The notes under the pieces were generated by a model. It saw only the letters and a list, made by a program, of their open reading frames with translations, was not told where the DNA came from and did no database searches. DNA of 57,921 bases, counting the filler, from Sluysia triapertura (taxonomy: Eukaryota), in the NCBI GenBank assembly GCA_046118255.1. It is 5 parts of 5 records of this genome, joined end to end, with 100 filler letters (N's around TTAATTAATTAA, not from the genome) between each part and the next. Parts side by side here need not be neighbours in the genome. Positions count along the whole stretch, not along the records: positions 24,517 to 35,976 come from JBJNIA010183013.1; positions 36,077 to 46,927 come from JBJNIA010192650.1; 3 more parts are not named here. One strand, written 5' to 3'. The position numbers and the translations under genes are program-made. The first letter of the stretch is position 1. Every line of letters begins with the position of its first letter. This document shows, in pieces, positions 25,819-36,199 of this stretch.

Positions 25819-26383
25819 CCAGTAGTTTCAATATCTTGAGACGTGAATGATAATCTCTTTGTTGACCAAAGTATACCATTTTTGTCCTTACTCTTTTGAC
25901 CTGTCCAATAACGATAACGTCCTTCTGACAATGATAAATCTTTTAGTTTATTCAACACTTTCTTTGTTTCTTCAGATTTTGGTAATACTCGTACCATAGC
26001 ATATGCAGCCAAGGCGATTCGGTAAATATTATTATTATTATCTTTGTATAATGCATCTTTAATACATTTTATTCCAAGACCAAAATCCACATATTTTATC
26101 ATCTGTTTTCGAATTCCACTCAATGCAATCATTATATATGATGTAAGCATACCTTTGTCAATACTGCGATCTCTATTTTGCCCAACTCCTCCAGCTAAAG
26201 AACTGCTCAATAATTTTCCGTTTTCCACAAAGCAACCACTTTTTTTGTCTTGCATCTTAGTCACATAATTTATAGATTTGTTCAAATCAAGTTCATTGAT
26301 AAAGTTTTTATCAATCAAATATGCTTCCCAAAATGATTTCATTACAAATCCAGTAAGCCATGTGCTTCCACGTGTATATTTAT
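25819..26383 (-). CDS. TEP: Thioester-containing protein (A2M/TEP family), TED-domain exon
   Basis: GSTWLTGFVMKSF, QDKKSGCFVENGKLLSSSLAGG, LTSYIMIAL, IALAAYA, RYW, DIETTG. NAGNAG acceptor (26386/26383); donor near 25818. Confidence 0.9.
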
Positions 26384-26947
26384 CTACTAAATATTAAATA
26401 TATAAACATTAATTGATTATATCATTCATATTAATAAAATATTGATACATTAAAACGTTTTCATCTTGTCTTAAAAGCTTTATCCAATGCAGAGGTTTGT
26501 CAGTGCATAATAGTTTGATAATTTAATAATACACCATATCTTTAGCTTAAGTACATGTAAGTTTACTAAATAAATTGTTAGTTGGCAAATTTTCTAGGTG
26601 AGATGGAATGTTTTGGTTGCGGACAAAGCCACAGTAGAAATATATATATATTAATGTTCACACTTTTTTATTTGCAAAAATATACGAAAAAGTGTATACC
26701 GAAAAATTTATTAAAAGTGATCAAAGAAAAGTAGACAATTGCTCTGATTAATACTCTACAATTTGGAAAAACATTATCGATGTTAACGTGATATAAAACT
26801 AGTACATACGAAATTAATTTGGAAACTGTATAATTAGATTTAGTTTATTTATCATCAAACATTTTAAAAATTTAAGAATAATTTAACATAAAAAGTCATA
26901 ATAATAGTTTGAAGCTAGATTAAAATATGATATAGACCCAAATATAC

Positions 26948-27542
26948 TTGGTCCGAAAGCAGAATATGATCCATCCGGATGCTGATACATCATTTGATTC
27001 AGAATTCCACTCTTTATATACATTCGTGCTTTTTCTACTAATTTTTTATTATTGTTGTCTGCTCCAGTATTCTTTAGGAATTGTAATACATAAATACTTG
27101 GAACCAACTTCGCCATATTTTGTTCTCCACAACCACTTGGTAATCGAATTAATCGTCCAATATCATTCAATGAAGAACCAAGTACATTACCCACCATTAC
27201 AAGATATGAACGCAATGATTTTGGAACAGCTTCTGAAGGAATTTCATGGATAGATTTCAATTCAATAACGCCTTTTTTTACGCACAACAAATCAGAAAAT
27301 GTAACTTCATGAGGAACTCCTGGAGCTTCTACTCGTAATTGACGTCGAATAGTATCTCTTTGAAACACTACTGTTTTCTTTTTCTTTTCTGTTTTGTCCA
27401 TACCACAAAAACTTGAGTACCGAGACTCAACAGAGACATTAATATTCAGATTTTCACCTATAATTTTCGGTTCTACTTTAAAATACATGGTCTTGATGCC
27501 ATTGGAGCACATACACATTGTAAAAGATTTGGGACCAGATAT
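26948..27542 (-). CDS. TEP: Thioester-containing protein (A2M/TEP family), exon with thioester motif
   Basis: DTIRRQLRVEAPG, LIRLPSGCGEQNM (GCGEQ at 27120-27134), YQHPDGSYSAFG. Acceptor aatag at 27543, donor at 26947, phase 1 joins the next exon. Confidence 0.93.
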
Positions 27543-29057
27543 CTATTTTAAAATATATCAAAAATAATTTCAATAAAAATATTCCATAATGAAATTGTAA
27601 TTTAAATATTCCTCTATTTCTTAAAAATGTAGAAATTTATTTAAAATAGATTTTATGTTCCTCTTCAAAGCTCGAAATAATATAAACTTTTATCAATTGG
27701 TACGGTAACTCGATTCTTCTCCTACGATTATATTACACAACATACAAAATCTCACTCCAAACACTTATTAAAACACACTCCACATATACTATCACATAGT
27801 AGTATATGATTCCTCCATTACCTACAAAATGTTTATTACATTTCGTGAGATACATTTAAGAGTTTAACTAATAAAAATAAAAGAAATTAAAAATTTTTTC
27901 ACGAGTAATTAAAGTATTAAACTGACACATATCGTCGTTGTTTTGTCATCATCATTGATACTGTTAAGTATAATGCTCATTTTAATTTTAAAATCATTTT
28001 AAGTTTATTTTAATCATTATAAAATCACGTCAATAATTTAATCATTTTGAAAAACTTATTTTAAAATTACGTCATTAAAAATCATAGAAATTATCATTGA
28101 GATCATAATGCTTTTATGTTAAATTAAAGTGAGATAACAGAGATAATATAAATTCAAAATTTAGTAAAAATAACAATTTTAAATTGAAATTGTATAAATA
28201 ATCATTTTAAAGTGCAATTGTATAAAGATAATGTGAAATCAAAATTTACAAACATTTAACCTTACTATTACAATCAATAAAATTATTTTAAAATAATAAT
28301 TAATAAAAATAGTATGAAATCAAGAGCATAAAATCTAATCAAAATTATCTTAAAAACTGTGATAAGTAGAATAAGATCATATTAAATTAGGATTAAATAA
28401 AATCACTATGTAATCAAAATTTAATAACATTATATTCAATCAAAATAAATTTAAATTAAAGAATAGATAAATTACATAATTACATAATAAATAACTATTG
28501 TTATATATAATACGTAAATTCTTAATAAAGGTAAGAACATATAACTATTAATAGATGTGAGTTACTAGTTGTATCTAATACATAACAAAAATATTAGTTA
28601 CATCAACTTATAATTATTATTAAATTGTTTAGATAAAAGAATAAATTAATATATAATAATTGTTATATGTTAAATTAATGAAGAATAATTATTACATCGT
28701 TTTATAAAATTATCACAATAACATAAAGGAGAAAGAATCATATAAATTAAATAACTATATAAATTAAATAAATTATATCTTATCGAGAAACGGAACTACT
28801 TGTGTTGTGGATTTTTAATGATTTGAATGTTTTTTAAGTTAAGATAAGATGCAGAATTTAATTTATATTTTTCATTATCTGTTTAAATTATACTATTTAA
28901 CTTTATTAAAACTTTTTGTTTCAAAATTTTTAAACCAAAATAGGTAATTATACTTTCTGTACTCAAAAAGGACAAAAAAACAAAATTTTATATATTAGAA
29001 ATTTTAATTTAAATTCCTGACTCCTACGAATAACTATCTTTTTATCTGTTTCACCTA

Positions 29058-30006
29058 CTAGCAAAAAAAAGTATTGACAACACTAAGAATGCGAACATAA
29101 AAATTGTTTACCTTATGGTTATTGATCATTGAACTCTTGTCAGTCGAACTGATCGAAGTAATTCCAATACTCTTAAGGAATCCTGCAATTCTATGTATAT
29201 GATGATTATTATGATTTGCTTCATCTTCTTTATTAAACTTTAATTCGTAATTAGAATGTGCGTAGAGGCAGCATATTCCGTGCATTAGACATATCTCATT
29301 GTTGTCGGTAGAGAATGGACAAAGACCAGTCGCATTAGCATTTTTATAATCGTTGAATTCGTAATGCTTATCTTTATCATCGTTAAGTTTGAAATCATTA
29401 GTTTTATAATCATTAAGTAAGTAAAGATTATTAATATCGTCGTTAAATTCGTAAACATTAATTTTGCAATCATTAAGTTCGTAAATATTATTACTATCGT
29501 CGATAAACTCGTAAACGTTAATTATATAATCATTAAGTACGTAAATATTAATACTTTTGTCGTTAAACTCGTAAACATTAATTTTACAATCACTCAGTTC
29601 GTGAATATTATTATTTGTCATTAAATTCGTAAACCTTAATTTTATAATCATTAAATTCGTAAGCATTATTTTTATTGTTAAAATCATAAACATCAGTTCT
29701 ATAATCATTAAGTTCATAGTAGTTATCTTTATAATTGTGAATTTGGTAAGTATTGTCTTTATTATTGTTAACTTCATGATCATCACCTTTAATCTTGTTA
29801 GCTTGAATAACATCATCTTTGTCATTGTTAACTTTGCCATCATCATCTTTGCCATTCTTAGCTTGATGATCTTCATCTTTAGCATTGTTAACTTCTTTAT
29901 CATCGTCTTCACCATTGTTAGCTTGAATGTGATCATCTTTATCATTGTTAATTTCGTGATCATCGTGTTTACAATCGTTAGATTTAACAGAAAATATGAT
30001 TAACAA
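29058..30006 (-). pseudogene. Copy B of the Unkempt-type CCCH ORF family; N-terminal part made of 10-aa tandem repeats
   Basis: LCPFSTDNNEICLMHGICCLYAHSNYEL (C-x9-C-x6-C-x3-H, 29256-29321), then HHIHRIAGFLKSI. GT-AG intron candidate 29111-29058 (54 nt). One frameshift near 29612 links the repeat ORF 29611-30006 to the finger frame. Confidence 0.65.
29340..29990. repeat. 30-bp minisatellite (~21 units, partly 60-bp higher order)
   Basis: Units such as ATCATTGTTAACTTTGCCATCATCATCTTT grade into ATCATTAAGTTCGTAAATATTATTACTATC-like units; encodes NNDKDDHIQA grading into YEFNDYKINV-type repeats on the minus strand. Confidence 0.9.
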
Positions 30007-30059
30007 AAATCTATTTTTTAAATAACAATACGAAATTTTTTAATTATGACAAATTTTTG

Positions 30060-30450
30060 TGATTAAGCCACTACTGATTGGTCATCTAACCAGAAGTATC
30101 GTAGTGATAAAAACAGTGATACTTGCTCTGGTTGGATGGCCAATATGAGCACATGATTATCATCATTAATAATTACTAAAGCCAAAATAAATATGATGAC
30201 AACCATCATCAACAATGTCATTGAATTATAAATGTAAACCAAAATGCCATTGTCGATGATGGCAGCTACTCAGTTAATTATTCACATCATCAATAATGAA
30301 TAATAATGAAAATAATAATAATAACAATAATAATAACAATATAATGTTATTATTATTATTATAAAAATCACAAATTCTTTATTTCTTAAAGCTTTATACA
30401 TGATCTGTCTTTTGAATCTTTAAAATATTCTCAACATATTTAAATCGACT
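30060..30450 (-). repeat. Shared upstream cassette (CCAAT boxes, AAT tract, TTCTCAACATATTTA)
   Basis: Homologous in motif order to 14290-14820 and 3790-4170; directly upstream of copy B. Confidence 0.6.
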
Positions 30451-30469
30451 AAAAATTAAATGTCTTTGA

Positions 30470-31090
30470 TGATGCGTGAAGGTTAGATGTTAGTAGATCG
30501 TGGGTTAAAATTATGTTGAAAGATAATGGTTTCGAGAATGAAAAGAAGATAAGTTATAGTATAGGTTTTGGTATGTATGTAAGAATGATTAGAGAATGTT
30601 CAAAACATGATTTATTTTCTTGATATGTTTATGTAGTGATATCGTTATGTGTTGTAGAGAATTAAATGATACAGATCATGAATTTAGAATGTTTGGATTG
30701 CTTTGAAGATGTTTGTTAGTTAATCTCGAATGTGATTGTCATTGAATTGTTGAGAATTGGAGAATGAAATATTTTAGATGAATTTTTTAAATGTAAATTA
30801 TGCGATTGTGCGTTTAAGTTGACTTAAGCGGATGAATTGTTTTAGTAGATATAGAGGAGATAAATATGGGAGTGTTAAAATGTTTAAGAGTATGGTTTTA
30901 CGTACAATGTGTTGATTTAGTGTAATGTTGTTTTATGTTGATTTTTGAATGTAATTTGTAGATTTTGAGGATAAATGTTATATTAGCGAAAGTTTATGTA
31001 AAAGGAATATTTTTGATGAGTGTTTTGGGAAATATGTAATAAAATTTTTTAATAAAATTTATTAAGAAAATAGGTTGGCCACCACAACTT
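30470..31090 (-). mobile_element. Penelope-like element remnant
   Basis: VVANLF (31070-31085), NIYP, TLPYLSPL, SLHKHIKKINH..LHTYQN and LLFILETI..QHN correspond to the PLE RT/thumb/linker/GIY-YIG C-terminal motifs in order; YVDD region missing. Confidence 0.65.
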
Positions 31091-32384
31091 GATTATTTAT
31101 TGGAATCAATCGTCAATTATTCGTCATAAATTACTAATTAAATGATTAACAATTATTCATTAAACTTGATCATTAATTGATTAAACCAGTTAACAATTAT
31201 CAATTAAATTTAATTATCATAAACAACGAACTTCTAGAATCATTTGGTAAATTTACTTGAAGTCATTTATTGGAACAATTATTGGAAATATCGAATTAAG
31301 TCTTATATTAAAGGATTGGAACAAACTGATAGTTATCTGATAAGAATTTTCTTTTGGTCTCGACAATTAATATAAAATTATAATTATATTTGACTCATAA
31401 ATTTATATAATTAGTTTAATTTTATTGTACCATTATTGAAGTTGTTTATCATTTTGAAAATAAAATCGTTGCAGAATAGAAATTTTTAATTCGGTAAAAT
31501 AAAATAAAGTAGGATTCAGATAGAGTACGTTTATACGAAATTAACTAAGAGATATTCAGAACATAACAAGAAATAAACAAGATTTAAAAGAATAATTTAG
31601 TAGAGAAGCACTTCCATCCCAAATAACTGGAACGAGCATTCGAATTAACACTTTCAGATAAGTTAAAGCTAATATATTAGTATAGAGATAGAATAAACTA
31701 GTAAAGGAAGTTACATTAAGAATAGTAGTCTAGCCTCTTGAATTTTGACTTACAAAATTTTAAAGTTTAAATAATATAAAGCATATATAATCATTCATAA
31801 AACAAAATTATTGTCTGACACACAGAGTTTATTTATGCACATTCAAACACTTATAACCTACAGAACTTTATTTTTACAATACCATTGATTTTTATGAAAT
31901 TATTTATGTTTCTTAGTAAAAACTTTGATTTCCGGACTTGCGATGATAATCATTCCGGTTTACTTAATTATATAGGAAAAACTAACGTTATCTAATATTT
32001 GGTTTACTTTTAACCCTTTATCGTCACTTTACGTTACTATAGTAGAGATCTCATCTACATAAATAAACTTATGAACTCATACAGTCATGTTTATTTATTT
32101 ATTCTAAATGACTTATTTTGACCAAAAAATTAGTTTTGATCTGGCTACCTCTTAATTTTACCTTAGTATTTTTATTAATTTTATTATATTATTAATATGT
32201 CATTAATGATAATAATAATATTTATTATTATTAATATTATCATTTAATATTGAATATTTTATTATTTTACATTACTGTTATTATTATTTTTATTATAAAT
32301 ATTATCCTAACAAACTTGCAAAAAAATTAATTTTGAAATATAAAAAGAAGAATTTTGAAAAATAAATGGTTCCGAAGGATTAAC

Positions 32385-33430
32385 AAGATGAATGAATCGT
32401 ATAATGGATGATTTAGATTGTTTCAAAATTGTACCAGTAATTGAATGCGAAGCGAATTTAAAGTTATCATTCAGTCACTATGAATCAGTAAGAATTCTAA
32501 GCGCAGACGTTAGTGTGGGAGACGACAGAGATACCAGTGATGTATTTTTAATGACTTAACAAAAGAAAGATTCGAATCTGAAAATGTGTGTAAAAATTTT
32601 GCCGAATTTATTAAATACTAATCAAGAAAGTGAATTGGACAAAGTTACGCCTTTGAAAAGTATTAAAGTTATGTCTAAATGCGTACTGATCGGAATGCTT
32701 GGTTCCCTAAAATTACTATCAGGTGGCGATGGGATCGAGAGACTTTACCAACAATTTACCATTCAAAAATTTTCATGTAAAAAATAATATTAATATGAAA
32801 TTTGATATAATGCAGGAACAGATTGATTTTGCAAAAAATGGTGTAGATTACACTAGAATCGAATCCTTATAAGTTAAGGTCAAACACACATTGTGAATCA
32901 TGTAATAATTGTGAAGACCGGTTATGAAATTTATAGCGACACCATCATGATAGTTTAAAATAAATAGTAAAGATAAACAAATAGTTTTAAACCACAATTT
33001 TAAAATTAAATCACAAAGATTGTTGATTGAACGATCGAAAGCTAAAATAAGCAGTCTCACAATATTTAATAAAGAAATTTATTCAAAATACGCGAAATTA
33101 CGTGAATCTGTGGTAGAACGACTTCGAGATATACTGAAAAACAAATAGTTTAAAGAAGAATAGTGATATATAGATGGTTTATGGGCAATTTTTAATGAAG
33201 CGTGGACATTGAATTATGAAGAATTAAAAACAAATCGCTAGCGACTTCAATCAATTAGTGTTGGTTGGCGAATCTCTGTGAAATTCATTAGTGATAAACT
33301 TCGAGTTGATAACGACAAACCATTCACAGGAGCTTCTCATCACAGCATGAAAGGTTTATTAGTTACTCTGATAAAAGCTCAACCGTCCCGAAGAATTCCT
33401 TACATAAAAGCTCGATGATAACCAGACTTA
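32385..33430 (+). mobile_element. Decayed gag-like (LTR retrotransposon) remnant
   Basis: G*FRLFQNCTSN* (WF..F..C..NW gag-like) and a broken zinc knuckle EI*YN...DFAKN near 32795-32840. Confidence 0.35.
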
Positions 33431-34310
33431 TAACCAATAGTACAATGTTGAATTAATTTGTTTATATTATAAACTTGATAAAAATTATAAATTATTTTAC
33501 AAAAAAAAGAATATTTAATAACAATAATTTTATTTGTTTATATAATGTTCATGTAGCAATATAAATGCTATAGAAACTTCGAAATAATTTCCCATTATTT
33601 TTATGAATCTGAAAATGGATATTTCTTTATCATTACCTTAGAATATTATAATTCTGAATATCAAAAGTTCGGTTAGTTTTTTATTTATTTTACTGTCAGT
33701 TTAAAACGCCATTAAATATTCATCAAAATGATTTATAATTTATTTAAAGGCTTTTGAATGAAAATATCATTGGATCATTAGAACCTTACTGTTTTAATAA
33801 TTAACTAAACTCGTAAGCAAACATATCGCACCTTGTTACTCCAATTTAAAACGAGAAAACTTTTGTGTCAACCTCATTTTAAAAAGAAGATAAAATAATT
33901 AAAAATATATCATTAATTGAAAAATCCTCCGGAACAATAACGATTTATTAATAACAAAGAAGACGTTAAGTGACCTCGAAATTTTATTTATGAAAATTCC
34001 AAAATCCTATGGATAAGCCCTTAAATGCAAAAGTTTTAGATCATTTAAAGTTACTAAAATATTTTATGATAAAAACCCATCAACTCTATATTGAACTGTA
34101 ACGTAAAGAATCTGTGCATATTTTACAGATTTACTATAAATAACGTTAATAAATCCATTACTTTTTTTGGTTTTAGAATTTAAGGCTTTACTCGAGTAAC
34201 ATTTACTCGTACTATAATTTCTCTTTTTACAATAACTTTAAAGTTAAATAATTTATCTACGAGTACATCAATTAACGTGCTTAGACGTTTATATCTTTCA
34301 ATATTGTAAA

Positions 34311-34636
34311 GGTTTTCTTAAATAAACCTAATAATTAAATCTTATGCTTTAGTATATTATTATGATCCTCTTAAAATTCGGCCCAAAAATGAATTTTCAA
34401 TAATTTTAATAAATAGAATTTGTGAAATTATGCTTTCGGTTATTATGGTCCCTTATTAAATAGAACCGGGAACTTAATATAGATTTTAGTACGGTTTTTA
34501 TTAAATAAAACCTGTAAAATATAGGTAATAATTTTAGTAATAATTTACTGAGGTTTCTAGTAAATGAAACCTTTTAACATGATCTCTTTATATATTTTGA
34601 CTTGATATTTTAAACGGTTTCTACTTTATATGAACG
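34311..34636. repeat. Five imperfect palindromes GGTT..TATTAAATA.AACC
   Basis: Copies at ~34311-34328, 34447-34467, 34493-34512, 34552-34571 and 34616-34636. Confidence 0.6.
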
Positions 34637-35976
34637 TCTTATGAAAGAATTTCAGAATTAATTTTCTTGTCAAAAATTTAGATATATTAATGATTCATTA
34701 AATAGAAATGAAATTTATAATAAAATAAATTGCGCAATTTAAAAGTAAGTTACGTAACAAATCAATGATAAAAAGAAACACAAGTTATAATAATATATCA
34801 GGATTATTCTGGATAATCCTATGATTTTAATAGTTTAAATAAAAATTTAATTTACTCAGGTATCAAATTAAAGGACACCTTAAAATTAATTATTATATAA
34901 TTTAAGTGTAATTTATACTGTAATGATTAAAGATTGGTATCTTATTCGATAAAAAACTAACGATATTGGGAAAATAATCAATTTGGATTTTCTAATAATG
35001 TCTTGTCTGGAATGAATTTGCAATCGATCGAAGAGCATCCGAAATTATAATTCAATTCGGAATTATCACATTAGCAAATTAAAACCGAAAATTATTTAAA
35101 ATCGTAAGTTCACAAATTAATTGTTAGCTGCGTTGAAAAATTAGTTGTGTGGTTTTATCGTTTTGTTGCATATATTTATAACTTCAGAATTTAGCCTTAA
35201 ACTGATTTTAAACAAAGATGGTAAATAATAAAATAATTATAATAAAACAATAATAATATTTTAATAAAAATTAAGATATTCTGAAATAATTATAATAATC
35301 GATAATTGTTTCTACGTATTATTTTACATCAATTTACTTATTTTACATTAAATCAATAATTGTTTATATTATTTACATAATCACTTATTTTGATTTTACT
35401 TATAAAAAGAAAATGTTATCATTTAAAATAGCAGTTTGTACCGAAACATCAGAAGTAACAGCTTAATCAAGACTAATTGACTTGTTAAGTTCTTTTAAAT
35501 AAAATTTGTACTTTTAATGTTCATCTTAGGCTATCAAACAAAACAATATAATTACCTAGATTTTTATTCAACTGGTTATAGTAAATCAGTGTCTTCATTT
35601 AATGAATCAATCACAATATTAGCTTCAGTACTTGAGTTAAGAGAATACTTTATTATTCCAATAGCTCTTTTGTTATCGTGTATATATTTTTGTACGTATA
35701 CTTGAATTCGAATTTTCTTCAACATAAGATTTTCCTGAATCTTCATTAGTTAAATCAAGATTCTTGTTAAGGTCATATACAATTTATCATCCATAGTCAG
35801 GAGTTAAATTTATTCCTAATAAATTTCATTATAATTCATTTTAATCTTCATTCTATAGCAAAGCATTAGCATGAAAGTGATGATCTTACATAGTAAGTTT
35901 TATATAATTCTGGTTGTATTAACTGTATAAGTTCAAAACAACTAACAATTACAATTCATTGAGTTATGACAAAACT

Positions 35977-36076
35977 NNNNNNNNNNNNNNNNNNNNNNNN
36001 NNNNNNNNNNNNNNNNNNNNTTAATTAATTAANNNNNNNNNNNNNNNNNNNNNNNNNNNNNNNNNNNNNNNNNNNN
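35977..36076. other. Artificial contig linker
   Basis: N44-TTAATTAATTAA-N44. Confidence 0.98.
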
Positions 36077-36199
36077 GCCCCGTCTAACAATTTCATTTTT
36101 AATATATTCAATTATACTACTTGGCACTTTTTAGGCCTTTTACCCCAACACTACTTTTATTTCTGTAATATTTGAACTTCAATTTTTTGTATGATGTTT

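Noticed and set aside
29340-29990. Regular 30-bp units as a CRISPR array
   Set aside because: Contiguous tandem units without unique spacers, no cas genes, and eukaryotic context.
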